Shown: piece after piece, positions 29,201 through 39,745 of the stretch
Position numbering within the stretch: the first letter of the stretch is position 1
How the letters are laid out: each line of letters opens with the position of its first letter
Source: an uncultured Clostridium sp.
Lineage (GTDB): Bacteria; Bacillota; Clostridia; TANB77; CAG-508
NCBI GenBank assembly: GCA_945946655.1
Contig: CAMEWM010000001.1
Coordinates: forward strand, 180,651 to 244,650
Direction of reading: 5' to 3'
Length of the DNA: 64,000 nucleotides
Position numbers and translations under genes: made by a program
The notes under the pieces: generated by a model
The model's database searches: none
What the model saw: only the letters and a program-made list of their open reading frames with translations
Told to the model about the DNA's origin: nothing

Positions 29201-32200
29201 AAACTTTTGGAGTAAATAGCAAATATGATAACATGTTTTGATAAATATCTATATCCTTACCTTTGATTCCTAGATATCTATTTTCGGCTTCACTTTTTGC
29301 TTTTAATAGTTCGAAAGTTCGTCTTATATTTTCATTATTCATAAACTTCACTAAATTTCTTACTACGATATCTTTTCCTTCACCAACAGAAATTATTAGA
29401 TCTAGGAAAGCTGTTTCTTCAGGCTTAATGCTAATCGTTTTCTTGAGTGCTATAATTGGATCGATTGTATACCCTATTTTTTTACTAAATGGGATTGAAT
29501 TTTCTACTTCTTTTGGCAATTTATAGTTACATCTTCCCCAAAACTTTTCTTTATCAATCTCAAATTCTAATTCTCCGAGTTCATTTGCTTGGGTATATAG
29601 ACTTACTGCCATATACATATCTGTTTCTTCATTTGTATGAGCTTTTCTTTTTATCAATATAGCGTTAATCGCATCCATATACTCATATGACAAGAATAGA
29701 TTATTAAAAGCTTTATGAGCATAATCCTGCATTTTATTTGATAATATTGGTTCAAAAAATCCTGTAATTTCTAATATTTCATTTGTCGTTCCATTATTTT
29801 TCAATTCTAATCTGCGTATTTCGACTGCTTCATCAGTATCTACTATTGTTTTTGTGATAGTTTGTATATTCTCATCATTCCTTACTATTTTATCTACTTC
29901 TGGAGCAAAAACAATATTATATTTATCTGGCTTACGTAAATTCTTGGCATACGTATTTGTCCATATATTTTTATTGCGTATATTTTTTATATAGAATTTT
30001 ATACCTTGCTCTGCTTCATCTGTTTCTTTATATCTATTTATTTGAATATCCTTATATTTACTATATCCATTTCCATATTGATCCATAACAACAGTATATT
30101 TGTCATTTGCTATAACATTTGAAACATTCATATAGTCATTTATCTTGGTATATGTTCTTTGAGTATAATCTTCATAATCTTGATATTTAATTTTTTCTAT
30201 TTTTTCTTTTTCTTCTTTCGTAGTTATCATATTCTCCGGCATTTTTTCTTGCATAAGAATATCTACTGCTTCAATTTCCGGATTTTGTTTAAATCTTTTT
30301 TGTATTATATTATTGTTCATTAAATTATCTATTGATAGTAAAATTAGTCCTTGATGATGTGCCATATATGTCTTTACTGGAGCATAGCCATTCTTTGTCC
30401 TACCTGGTGTAAAATCTATTGATTCATAAAATCCATACTTATCATACATACCTTCTGATTCCAAGATTTTTAAATTTTCTATCACTAGTTTTGGTTCTTG
30501 ATTTATCGCTAAGATGGATCCATATGATGATGTGACAATTTCATCTGATAAACCTCTTTTTAATCCTAACCATGGTATGCCAAAAGCTTTATATTGATAA
30601 TTGTTATTTAAATCTTTTAAGTTAAATGCCGCTTCTGATATTCCCCATGGAATTCCTAATTTCTTACTATACTCCAGTTGACTCATTATCATAAACTTAC
30701 AAGATTCATCTAATATACTTCCTGGGTATTGCTCTATATTTATGGTTGGCATTAAATATTCAAAAGATGTACCAGCCCAAGAAGCTAGTCCTTTATAATT
30801 ATTAAGTGTCGTAAGGGTTCTGCTCAAATTATACCAGTGTTTCTCACTTACATCTTTTTTTGCGATTGCTATCAAACTTGTTTGTCTAGCTTCTGAAGCA
30901 AGCAAGTCATAATATGAATCTGTTAATTTATTTTCTTCTATATTAAAACCAATAGAAAATAATCTATTCCCTGTATCATATAATTTTGAAAAATCCGTAT
31001 TATTTATTATATTTATAATTGATTCAATCATAAATTCTAACTTATTAATGATATCATCATTCTTCGAAACTATATCACTGTTATTTTTATCTTCACTTTT
31101 CAAATTTCTATATATTTCATTATTTTCTGAATTACCATCTATTTCACATTGCTGGATTTCTTCTTTCTTTTTTATTAAAAATTGTTTTAATACATATAGG
31201 TACCCAATAAAATTTCCACTATCAACTGATGAAACATATCTAGGATTTAGTGGTTCTAAAGTTTCTATATTATACCAATTATATAAATGACCATTCCATT
31301 TTGGTAAATTATTAATTGTATTGACCATTTTATATAATAAACAAATTGTATTATTAAAGTTCTCGTAGTTTAAATCATAACTTGCCATGACAGCAAGCAA
31401 TGCCAGTCCTATATTAGTTGATGATGTCCTCATTACTAATTTCGGTTTTCTATCTTCTTGATAATTATCGGGCGGTAAAAAATTATCTTTTGCAGTAAGA
31501 TTTTCTTTAAAATATAGCCATGTCTTATATCCTATGTTTAATAAATATTTTTTTTCATCTGCATTTATTTTATCTAGTGCATTCTCTATTTTATTCTTCT
31601 TACTAATTTTGCACATTATTATTGGAGCACATAACCAAGCTGCACTTATAGCTAATAATATTATTAGTATATTATTGCTTTTTAGTTGAACAAATTTATT
31701 AAATAGTGCAAATAATATTCCTATTAATCCAACTATAGTGTTCGCCGACATATTTTTGTAATACGATATTATATCTGTTTTAGCAGCTTTTTCTGCTTCT
31801 TCCGAGGTCATCCATTCTAATAAATGTTTTTTACTTTTTGTCATTCTATATATTGTTTTTATTTCTGCTTTTAACGTTATATACATTTTATCAGGTATCA
31901 ATAATAAATCTAGTATTGCTCTTAGAAAACTTGCCTTTATTCCATCAATAGTTTTTACGAACCTTTTAGTTTTTATATTTCCTTCTTTTCTTGTAATTAT
32001 ATTATTTACAACATCTAAAATTGTTGGTATTATCACAGATACTATAGCAATTATAAATACCTCCCAGGGAATAAACGAAGTAGCAATACTTATAATCGTA
32101 AAAAATAATAATAATGCAAATACTGCAACCTCTTGTTTACTTCTTACTATGTTACTAAATATCTTATATTTACTTAATAGCTTTAATGGATTCTTCTTTA

Positions 32201-34565
32201 TTTCTCCTTTTCTATTTTCTATTGTACTTTTCATCCAAGGTAGGATTTGATAATCTCCTCTAATCCATCTATATAGCCTTGTTCTAAAACTCATATAATT
32301 GCTTGGATACCCATCCATTAATAATATATCAGAAGCTAGACCACATCTTAAATAATTGCCTTCCAACAAATCATGGCTTAAAACTGTATTTTCTTTAATT
32401 TCGTCATTAAGTACTTTTGAAAATATATTTAAATCATATATTCCTTTTCCTGTAAAAATTCCCTCATCAAAATTATCTTGGTATAAATTTGAGATTACAT
32501 TTGTATATGAATCTGTTCCTCCTTCTCCTGCATATATTTGCGTAAACACACTCTTTCTACTTTCTAATAATCCTATTCCAACTCTAGGTTGCATTAGCGC
32601 ATGACCTGATATTACTAAATCACCCTTTTCATTTAGTATCGGAGTATTTAATATATGTGCCATGGCTCCAACTAATTCAAGTCCAGATTTTAGCGTTAAA
32701 TCAGTGTCTGAATCTAGTGTAATAATATATCTAATTTTATTAATTTCTATATCTTCTATTGTATTTATTCTAAATGGATTCTCTATATGTCCTAATATAT
32801 ATTCATTAAATTGATTTAGTAGACCTCTTTTTCTTTCCCATCCCATATAGCATTCTTCATTTTCATTCCAAGTTCTTTTTCTATATATGAAATTAAATAT
32901 ATTACCATATTCCTCATTTAATTTTTTTGTTCTGCCAATTCCTTCTTTTATTATCTCTTCATCAAAATCTTCAACTTCTTTGCTTCCAGACGTGCAGTCT
33001 CCCAATAAGGTAAAATATAAATTTTCACTCTTATTCGCAATATAATAAACTTCTAATTTTCTCATTAGTTCTCTTACTTTATCTTTACTCTTTAATATTG
33101 TCGGTATAACAATCATTGTAGAGTACTCTTCTGGGATTCCATTTTGAAAATCTATCTTTGGAATCAATTTGGGCTTTACTGTTTTGCTTAAAATATATTG
33201 CACTATTTTCGATACTATATTCTCCAATGGCAATAATGAGATTACAAATAATATTATCGCCATAATAACATTTACCCAAATTTGAATATTAACCTTTGCT
33301 ATTGAGTAATAAAAATTTATACATGTAACAGTACTAAGTATTAAAGATATACTCCATATTATTTCAATATAATATTTAACTTTCTCTTCATTTGACTTTA
33401 TAGTAACTTTTCTATCTAATAAACTATTAAGCAATTCCTCTTTTCCATCTGAAATTAGGTAGTATCCTATATGTTCTTTTTTTATATTACTAATTTCTCC
33501 ATTTTGAATTTTTTCATATGAACATTTGCTTAACTCTAAACATTTCTTTGCAATATATATTTCTGATATTTTAGTTTTCTTTGATATTTCTTGTATAGTA
33601 TTTCTATAATAAGATTTTGTATCACTATCCATAATCTCATATTGCTTAGCTGGATCTCGTTTTAGAATATCTTCTACTCTATTAATCTTTTCAAAAATTT
33701 CTAAGAAGTTTACTCTTGACATATTCTTCAATGTCATTATACTGTTACCAATAGAGACTTTCTTTACCGCTATATCAAAGTGCTCCTTTTTTATAACTTC
33801 AGAAATATTATTTCCCGTTTTGGCAACTTCTTCCTCTAATACATTTAGATACGCATAGGCTTTGCTTCCATATTTTTTCAATCTATATGACATATATTCA
33901 ATAAAAGCATTTTTCATTTGATTCGTTTCTATTAAAGTTATTTTATTTGATGGAAATACTTTTTTCTTCTTTTCTTCTCCAAAAAATCTACTTATAATAT
34001 CCTCTACTTTATATTTTTGCATTTGGGACATATATATTGTCTCGCATATCTCTCTTATATTCTCAATTAACGCTATTTGTATAAATATTCCTATGCTCCA
34101 TATTTCATTCATGCTAAGAGTCTTTTTAGTCTGATAAGCTTGTAACATATTTTCTAAGTTCTCTGAATTTATTTTTCCATCAGTATAAGCTACCATCTCA
34201 GTCGCTAATACATATACTCTTGCAAATCCTTTATATCTACCATTTGCTAATCCTAAGAATTCAGTATATTTTTTTAGTGTAAGCTCTTTACTTATATTTT
34301 TTACAATTTCCTCTATTACATATAGATTATCTAATATCCACTCTCCAGCAGGATGAATAGGTATACCTTGCTTTATTTGGTCATTTAATAACCTGTATAT
34401 TTCTTTTATTATCAAAAAGTTTTCTTTCAACCTCGGAATAGGATACGTGTCCTTATCCGATTTTTCAGTTAATATATGGTCAGAAGCAATTTTCTCCAAA
34501 TAACTTTCTAATTGATTCTTATCTAAAATTGCTCCTTTTATATTTAATTTTCTTTTTTCTTTCAA
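26295..34565 (-). CDS. Cyclic beta-1,2-glucan synthase-like protein (NdvB/Cgs; GT84 plus C-terminal GH94 phosphorylase)
   Basis: GEWILDN, MGWERKRG, ITLDSDT, FTGKGIY, LSHDLLEG, RWIRGDYQ, PPDNYQE, YDLLASEAR, YMAHHQG, YQSGGAYGFRDQLQD, GDWNDG, ENGGQYTHA, GGWTWYTGSSSW; 2756 aa. Confidence 0.9.
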   Translation of the reverse strand: MKEKRKLNIKGAILDKNQLESYLEKIASDHILTEKSDKDTYPIPRLKENFLIIKEIYRLLNDQIKQGIPIHPAGEWILDNLYVIEEIVKNISKELTLKKYTEFLGLANGRYKGFARVYVLATEMVAYTDGKINSENLENMLQAYQTKKTLSMNEIWSIGIFIQIALIENIREICETIYMSQMQKYKVEDIISRFFGEEKKKKVFPSNKITLIETNQMKNAFIEYMSYRLKKYGSKAYAYLNVLEEEVAKTGNNISEVIKKEHFDIAVKKVSIGNSIMTLKNMSRVNFLEIFEKINRVEDILKRDPAKQYEIMDSDTKSYYRNTIQEISKKTKISEIYIAKKCLELSKCSYEKIQNGEISNIKKEHIGYYLISDGKEELLNSLLDRKVTIKSNEEKVKYYIEIIWSISLILSTVTCINFYYSIAKVNIQIWVNVIMAIILFVISLLPLENIVSKIVQYILSKTVKPKLIPKIDFQNGIPEEYSTMIVIPTILKSKDKVRELMRKLEVYYIANKSENLYFTLLGDCTSGSKEVEDFDEEIIKEGIGRTKKLNEEYGNIFNFIYRKRTWNENEECYMGWERKRGLLNQFNEYILGHIENPFRINTIEDIEINKIRYIITLDSDTDLTLKSGLELVGAMAHILNTPILNEKGDLVISGHALMQPRVGIGLLESRKSVFTQIYAGEGGTDSYTNVISNLYQDNFDEGIFTGKGIYDLNIFSKVLNDEIKENTVLSHDLLEGNYLRCGLASDILLMDGYPSNYMSFRTRLYRWIRGDYQILPWMKSTIENRKGEIKKNPLKLLSKYKIFSNIVRSKQEVAVFALLLFFTIISIATSFIPWEVFIIAIVSVIIPTILDVVNNIITRKEGNIKTKRFVKTIDGIKASFLRAILDLLLIPDKMYITLKAEIKTIYRMTKSKKHLLEWMTSEEAEKAAKTDIISYYKNMSANTIVGLIGILFALFNKFVQLKSNNILIILLAISAAWLCAPIIMCKISKKNKIENALDKINADEKKYLLNIGYKTWLYFKENLTAKDNFLPPDNYQEDRKPKLVMRTSSTNIGLALLAVMASYDLNYENFNNTICLLYKMVNTINNLPKWNGHLYNWYNIETLEPLNPRYVSSVDSGNFIGYLYVLKQFLIKKKEEIQQCEIDGNSENNEIYRNLKSEDKNNSDIVSKNDDIINKLEFMIESIINIINNTDFSKLYDTGNRLFSIGFNIEENKLTDSYYDLLASEARQTSLIAIAKKDVSEKHWYNLSRTLTTLNNYKGLASWAGTSFEYLMPTINIEQYPGSILDESCKFMIMSQLEYSKKLGIPWGISEAAFNLKDLNNNYQYKAFGIPWLGLKRGLSDEIVTSSYGSILAINQEPKLVIENLKILESEGMYDKYGFYESIDFTPGRTKNGYAPVKTYMAHHQGLILLSIDNLMNNNIIQKRFKQNPEIEAVDILMQEKMPENMITTKEEKEKIEKIKYQDYEDYTQRTYTKINDYMNVSNVIANDKYTVVMDQYGNGYSKYKDIQINRYKETDEAEQGIKFYIKNIRNKNIWTNTYAKNLRKPDKYNIVFAPEVDKIVRNDENIQTITKTIVDTDEAVEIRRLELKNNGTTNEILEITGFFEPILSNKMQDYAHKAFNNLFLSYEYMDAINAILIKRKAHTNEETDMYMAVSLYTQANELGELEFEIDKEKFWGRCNYKLPKEVENSIPFSKKIGYTIDPIIALKKTISIKPEETAFLDLIISVGEGKDIVVRNLVKFMNNENIRRTFELLKAKSEAENRYLGIKGKDIDIYQNMLSYLLFTPKVSMKCPIKDKNFPVSALWKYGISGDLPILLVKIKDINDIDIIKEVLSAYEFFRVKNIKVDLVILNEESESYENYVKDAIQLAILNRNIAYLLNIPGGIFCLENVEKQDKKLLETRANLVINANYSSLALQMEDIESRTMDNIKETVCDSKQNMILDVIEEKEELIDINNLKYFNEYGGFSKDGREYYIKVNTNNKLPTVWSHIIANKNFGTLTTENMGGYTWYKNSRLDRLTAWSNDQISDTPSEIIYIKDMDTGRKWSLGFNPMHDDNNYYVIYGFGYAKYIHCSSKIKQTVDVFVPKDDNVKINMITLENKNPQKKNLRLIYYIKPVLGEDEIKTNSYLQLEFDDSSNIMLVKNLGYEQKNNQIFIGCSEKINSYTGSKASFLKDSTLENPAGIDQLQLNRENAFGEDGIIAISINITIEAFSTKEVILTLGDASNKEECQDIAYKYSNISNCRKEYVNVKKYWEDIINTLQVNTPMESTNILLNGWLVYQTITSRLYAKTGFYQSGGAYGFRDQLQDSMLTKYMVPEMTKEQILRSSRHQFIEGDVEHWWHEETEKGIRTKISDDLLWLPFVTADYVNFTEDYSILEEETTYKIGAPLEDKQNERYDFYGDSDFEESLYNHCIKAIEKSLNFGEHGLPKIGTGDWNDGFNNVGIQGKGESVWLGFFMYAVLDKFIPICEYKNDNLHAEKYKQITETLKKNLNNDAWDSRWYKRAFTDEGDILGSLQNEECKIDSISQSWSIISGAGDNDKKYIAMESLENHLIDRDVGIIKLLDPPFEKSKLEPGYIKSYLPGTRENGGQYTHAATWTIIAQAILNFNDKAYENFRMINPIEHARTKDECSKYKVEPYVIAADVYGQGNLAGRGGWTWYTGSSSWMYIAGIKYILGLNIERGYLKIEPHIPSNWKGYEIKYKYGNSMYNIKVINNGENNEKNINRNVKLKCNGEEISDDKVKLDSNGKIYNIEVFI

Positions 34566-34570
34566 AAAAA

Positions 34571-34627
34571 TCCACTCCTTGGAATATGTTATTCACATAT
34601 TTTCTCCAAGAAGTGGAAAAGTTATGC
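34571..34627 (-). promoter_or_regulatory. sigmaF-like promoter inside an RBS-occluding hairpin
   Basis: GCATA-N15-GGAGAAAAT; stem TCCACTTCTTGGA/TCCAAGGAGTGGA containing the AAGGAG RBS. Confidence 0.55.
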
Positions 34628-34656
34628 ATATTGTAGCACATTGTGCTATTGATTTT

Positions 34657-35106
34657 TTAAATATTTGTATCTGTTGGATTTGTTGTTCCTGTTCCTACAT
34701 ATTGTGCAGAACCAAAACCTAAAATCATTTCAAATATTGGTGTTAAGAATATTAGTCCAATTATAAATCCTGTTGATTTTCCAAAAGCTTGTCCTAATTT
34801 TACCATAGGTAGAATTGCCAATACTATTGATATTATCCATCCTACAACAGGAATCCATAATAATAAATACAATAGCAATAACCATGGTGATAATCCTACT
34901 ATCTTAAATAATATAACTAGATTATAAATAGGAATTAACGATTTCCATCCTTTTTCTCCTGCTTTTGTAAATATTCTCCATTGAGCTATAATTATCAATA
35001 CATAGATAGCTATAAATACTATACTATATGTAGCCAATAAAGACACTAATGTAGCTATTGATGCAATTGAGCCAGTAGTTGGTGCACTATAAGATAAATA
35101 CTCCAT
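34657..35106 (-). CDS. DUF5684-like small membrane protein
   Basis: WRIFTKAGEKGWKSLIPIYN and FGKSTGFIIGLIFL..LGFGSAQY patterns. Confidence 0.7.
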   Translation of the reverse strand: MEYLSYSAPTTGSIASIATLVSLLATYSIVFIAIYVLIIIAQWRIFTKAGEKGWKSLIPIYNLVILFKIVGLSPWLLLLYLLLWIPVVGWIISIVLAILPMVKLGQAFGKSTGFIIGLIFLTPIFEMILGFGSAQYVGTGTTNPTDTNI

Positions 35107-35187
35107 TTTTTATCCCCCTTCCTTTGTTTTCTAAAATTAGAATATCATAATACTAATTTTTTTTCAACTTCTTTACAAAATTTGATT

Positions 35188-35910
35188 TTATTCTACAAAA
35201 TAATCCATTACTCCATTATATATCCCCCAAGCCAATTTATTCTGATAACTATTATCCTCAAGCTGTTCTCTTTCTTCAGGATTAGATAAAAATCCACATT
35301 CTACTATTGATATAGGGATTTCTACATGCTTTATTATATATACATTGTTGATTTTTAGTGGGACTCTCTTATTCTCCTTTTGGATCGCTTCATTTAAATT
35401 ATTTTGAATACATGTGGCTAGTCTCTTACCTTCTTCGCTACCATCTTTAAAGAATGTTTGCCAACCATAATATTCACTCTGAGGAATTTTATTTAAATGT
35501 ATACTTACAAAAATATCTGCCGATGAATTATTTCCAATTTTTACTCTATTTTTTATATCTGAATTTTTTTTATCTCTCAAAGTTTTTTTGTCTAAATTAT
35601 ATATGGCATTTTCATCAGACCTTGTTAAAATGACTGTTGCTCCGCTTTGTTCTAATAAGTTCTGAAGTTTTAATGCAATTTTTAAATTGATATCCGCTTC
35701 CATAACACCATCACTTGCTACTGCTCCACCATCCTCACCCCCATGACCTGCATCCACTACAATAGTTTTAGAAGTAGCTGGAGTAGCCATTGTAGCTATT
35801 ATGTTATTATTTTTTAAATTATTATTAGCAGTTCTTATAGTGAACATTCCAACAGGTAAAAGAATAGCCATCAATATAAATATTATTCTTTTTTTATTAA
35901 AAATAAGCAT
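35188..35910 (-). CDS. cwlD: N-acetylmuramoyl-L-alanine amidase, CwlD-like (spore cortex)
   Basis: Amidase_3 motifs VDAGHGGEDGGA, SIHLN, VECGFLSNPEE; KNSDIKNR resembles the CwlD KxxDLxxR segment. Confidence 0.8.
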   Translation of the reverse strand: MLIFNKKRIIFILMAILLPVGMFTIRTANNNLKNNNIIATMATPATSKTIVVDAGHGGEDGGAVASDGVMEADINLKIALKLQNLLEQSGATVILTRSDENAIYNLDKKTLRDKKNSDIKNRVKIGNNSSADIFVSIHLNKIPQSEYYGWQTFFKDGSEEGKRLATCIQNNLNEAIQKENKRVPLKINNVYIIKHVEIPISIVECGFLSNPEEREQLEDNSYQNKLAWGIYNGVMDYFVE

Positions 35911-36116
35911 AAAAATCCTCCCATATTATTTATATGGGAGACTTTTATTTATATTCCATATTTTCATTAATCTTCTTCTATGTCATTTTATATATGCCTT
36001 GAGTTCATTAGAAATAGCAAAATATATAATTTTATTATATCAAAATGTTGGTATTCGTCAAGTAGTTATATTTAGTATAAAATATAACTTTCGATATTAC
36101 TATTTTAATAAAGTTA

Positions 36117-36149
36117 CCCCAGAGCTAAATATTAACATTAGCTCTGGGG
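36117..36149 (-). terminator. rpoBC terminator
   Basis: CCCCAGAGCTAA...TTAGCTCTGGGG just after the rpoC stop. Confidence 0.8.
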
Positions 36150-36157
36150 CTCTATTT

Positions 36158-39100
36158 TTATTCAGTTACTGTTTCAGCACTTTCATTTACCTCTGATTCT
36201 TTCTCAGCTTTTTCTTGTTGTTCTGTATTAATTTTTATTTGCTTATATCTCTTCATTCCAGTTCCTGCTGGGATTAACTTACCAATAATAACATTTTCTT
36301 TTAATCCTATTAACTCATCAGTCTTTCCTTTAATAGCAGCTTCTGTTAATACTCTTGTAGTCTCTTGGAATGATGCTGCTGATAAGAAGCTATCTGTTGC
36401 AAGTGATGCTTTTGTGATTCCAAGTAATACACGTTTACCTGTTGCAGGTCTTAATCCTTTCTCTTCAGCCTCTTTATTCTTATCTTCGAATTCATACATA
36501 TCAACAAGTGATCCCGCAAATAAATCTGTATCTCCATTATCTTCAACTCTTACTTTCTTTAGCATTTGTCTTGCGATAAGCTCTATATGTTTGTCATTTA
36601 TATCAACACCTTGGTTTCTATAAACTTTTTGAACTTCTTGTATAATGTATTCAAATACTCCTTGTGGTCCATTGATAGCTAATACTTCTGCTGGGTTCTT
36701 AGAACCTTCTGTAATTTGATCTCCTGCTTCTAAGATGTCACCATCTTTAACTTTTAATTTAGAACCAAATGGTATAACATAAGTCTTGCTATCATCTTTA
36801 GATGTAACAATAACCTCTTTTCTCTTCTTTTCATCTTTTATTGATACTTTTCCTGCTATCTCTGTAATAATAGCAACACCCTTTGGTTTACGAGCTTCGA
36901 AAAGTTCCTCAACTCTAGGAAGACCTTGTGTAATATCAGCAACACCAGCAACACCACCAGAGTGTATAGTTCTCATTGTAAGCTGTGTACCAGGCTCACC
37001 TATAGATTGTGCAGCAATTATTCCAACAGTATCTCCTATATCAACTTCTTTTCTACTTGCTAATCCCATACCATAGCATTTTGCACAAACACCATGTTTT
37101 ATTCTACAACCATATACACTACGAACTTCTACACGGTCGATTCCTGCAGCAACAATTTTATCTGCTAAATCTTCTGTAATAATAGTATTTGTATCAACTA
37201 TAATTTCTTTAGTGTTTGGATCTACTATATCATGTAATGGATATCTACCAAGTAATCTTTCTTGTATTTTTTCTATAACTTGATTTCCGTCTTTAATGTC
37301 ATATACTTCAAGACCCTCTGTTGATCCACAATCATCTTCTCTTACTATTATATCTTGTGAAACATCAACCAATCTTCTTGTTAAATATCCAGAATCTGCT
37401 GTTCTTAAAGCTGTATCTGAAAGTCCTTTACGTGCACCGTGTGCAGAAATAAAGTACTCTAAGGCGTCTAATCCCTCTCTGAATGATGATTTAATTGGTA
37501 TCTCAACTGTTTTACCAGTTGTACTAGCCATAAGTCCACGCATACCAGCAATTTGTTTTAATTGGTCTAAGTTACCTCTAGCTCCAGAATCAGACATCAT
37601 GAACATTGGATTTTCTTTGCTAAAGTTATTCTTCATTGCTTCTTTAACATCGTCTGTAGCTTTCTCCCATACTTTTATTACTTGATTATATCTTTCATCA
37701 TCAGTAATCAAACCACGTTTATATTGTTTTAATATGTTATCAACATCATCTTGCGCTTTAGCTATTATTGTTTTCTTCTCTGGTGGGACTTTAACATCAT
37801 CAATTGATACTGTTACAGCTCCTAATGTTGAATATTTATAACCTGTTGCCTTAATATAATCTAGAAGTTCAGCTGTTCTACTTAATCCATGTACAGATAT
37901 ACATTTACCTATTATTTTCCCTAAATTCTTCTTTGATACAACTCCATTGATTTCATATTCGAACTCATTCTCAGGCTTGCTTCTATCAACAAATCCTAAA
38001 TCCTGAGGGATTCCTGAGTTAAATATAATTTTACCTGGTGTCGTTGCAACTTTTGCATGTCTTTCTACACCATCAACAACTTTTGATCTTCTAACCCATA
38101 TCTTTGAGTGCATTGTTACATCGTTATTTGCTAACGACATAATTGCTTCTTCTGGAGATGAGAAGTATGTACCTTCACCTTTTTCTCCATCAACATCCAT
38201 TGTTAAGAAATAACTTCCTAGAATCATATCCTGTGTAGGAGTCGTTACTGGTTTACCATCTTGTGGTTTTAATAAGTTGTTTTCAGAAAGCATTAAATAT
38301 CTTGCTTCTGCCTGAGCTTCTGGTGATAATGGTAGGTGAATAGCCATCTGATCACCATCAAAGTCAGCATTAAATGCTGTACAAACTAATGGGTGTAATT
38401 TTATCGCTCTTCCTTCAACTAAAACCGGTTCGAATGCTTGGATACCTAGTCTATGTAGTGTAGGAGCACGGTTTAGAAGTACAGGGTGGTCTTTTATAAC
38501 ATCTTCTAATATATCCCATACTTCTGGACGTAATCTTTCTACCATTCTCTTTGCATTCTTTATGTTGTGTGCTATTCCACGGCTAACTAATTCTTTCATA
38601 ACAAATGGCTTAAACAATTCCACTGCCATTTCTTTTGGAACTCCACATTGGTAAATCTTAAGTTCTGGTCCAACAACTATAACTGAACGTCCTGAATAAT
38701 CAACACGTTTTCCTAATAAATTTTGTCTAAATCTTCCTTGTTTACCTTTTAACATATCTGATAATGATTTAAGTGGTCTATTTCCAGCTCCTGTAACAGG
38801 TCTTCCACGTCTTCCATTATCTATTAGAGCATCTACTGATTCTTGAAGCATTCTTTTTTCATTTCTAACTATAATTTCTGGAGCTCCGAGTTCAAGTAAT
38901 CTTTTTAATCTGTTATTTCTATTTATAACTCTTCTATATAAATCATTTAAATCAGATGTAGCAAATCTTCCACCATCTAATTGAACCATAGGTCTTAAAT
39001 CTGGTGGTATAACTGGTACAACTTGCATGATCATCCACTCAGGTCTATTTTCAGACAATCTAAATGATTCTACTGTGTCCAATCTTTTTACTAGTTTTGC

Positions 39101-39712
39101 TTTCTTTTGCTCACTAGCCTTTTCTAGTTCTTTCTTTAATTTTGCTGATAATTTTTCTACATCTATTTCAGATAATAAAGTCCTAATTGGCTCTGCTCCC
39201 ATTTCAGCCTTAAATGAATCTTTTCCAAACTTTTCCTGAGCCTCAACATATTCTTTCTCAGATAATATTTGGGCTTTTGATAAAGTTGTAGATCCCTTAT
39301 CTGTTACTATGTATGATGCAAAATATATAACTTTCTCTAAAGCTTTTGGAGATACATCTAACATTAATGCTATTCTACTTGGTATTCCCTTAAAATACCA
39401 AATATGAGCTACTGGGGCAGCAAGCTCTATGTGCCCCATTCTCTCTCTTCTTACTTTAGATTTTGTAACTTCAACACCACATCTATCGCAAACTATACCT
39501 TTATATCTTACTCTTTTGTATTTACCACAATGGCATTCCCAGTCTTTTGTTGGTCCAAAAATTCTTTCACAGAATAGACCATCTTTCTCTGGTTTTAATG
39601 TTCTATAATTAATAGTCTCTGGTTTCTTTACTTCTCCATGTGACCATTCTCTTATTTTCTCATCAGATGCTATGCCAATTTTCATTTTATCAAAGTTTTC
39701 TAACTCATCCAC
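36158..39712 (-). CDS. rpoC: RNA polymerase beta' subunit
   Basis: KPETINYRT, catalytic [16 protein letters not shown]. Confidence 0.99.
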   Translation of the reverse strand: MDELENFDKMKIGIASDEKIREWSHGEVKKPETINYRTLKPEKDGLFCERIFGPTKDWECHCGKYKRVRYKGIVCDRCGVEVTKSKVRRERMGHIELAAPVAHIWYFKGIPSRIALMLDVSPKALEKVIYFASYIVTDKGSTTLSKAQILSEKEYVEAQEKFGKDSFKAEMGAEPIRTLLSEIDVEKLSAKLKKELEKASEQKKAKLVKRLDTVESFRLSENRPEWMIMQVVPVIPPDLRPMVQLDGGRFATSDLNDLYRRVINRNNRLKRLLELGAPEIIVRNEKRMLQESVDALIDNGRRGRPVTGAGNRPLKSLSDMLKGKQGRFRQNLLGKRVDYSGRSVIVVGPELKIYQCGVPKEMAVELFKPFVMKELVSRGIAHNIKNAKRMVERLRPEVWDILEDVIKDHPVLLNRAPTLHRLGIQAFEPVLVEGRAIKLHPLVCTAFNADFDGDQMAIHLPLSPEAQAEARYLMLSENNLLKPQDGKPVTTPTQDMILGSYFLTMDVDGEKGEGTYFSSPEEAIMSLANNDVTMHSKIWVRRSKVVDGVERHAKVATTPGKIIFNSGIPQDLGFVDRSKPENEFEYEINGVVSKKNLGKIIGKCISVHGLSRTAELLDYIKATGYKYSTLGAVTVSIDDVKVPPEKKTIIAKAQDDVDNILKQYKRGLITDDERYNQVIKVWEKATDDVKEAMKNNFSKENPMFMMSDSGARGNLDQLKQIAGMRGLMASTTGKTVEIPIKSSFREGLDALEYFISAHGARKGLSDTALRTADSGYLTRRLVDVSQDIIVREDDCGSTEGLEVYDIKDGNQVIEKIQERLLGRYPLHDIVDPNTKEIIVDTNTIITEDLADKIVAAGIDRVEVRSVYGCRIKHGVCAKCYGMGLASRKEVDIGDTVGIIAAQSIGEPGTQLTMRTIHSGGVAGVADITQGLPRVEELFEARKPKGVAIITEIAGKVSIKDEKKRKEVIVTSKDDSKTYVIPFGSKLKVKDGDILEAGDQITEGSKNPAEVLAINGPQGVFEYIIQEVQKVYRNQGVDINDKHIELIARQMLKKVRVEDNGDTDLFAGSLVDMYEFEDKNKEAEEKGLRPATGKRVLLGITKASLATDSFLSAASFQETTRVLTEAAIKGKTDELIGLKENVIIGKLIPAGTGMKRYKQIKINTEQQEKAEKESEVNESAETVTE

Positions 39713-39745
39713 TATTTTTTGCCCCCTTGGATTATATTTTTTTGA

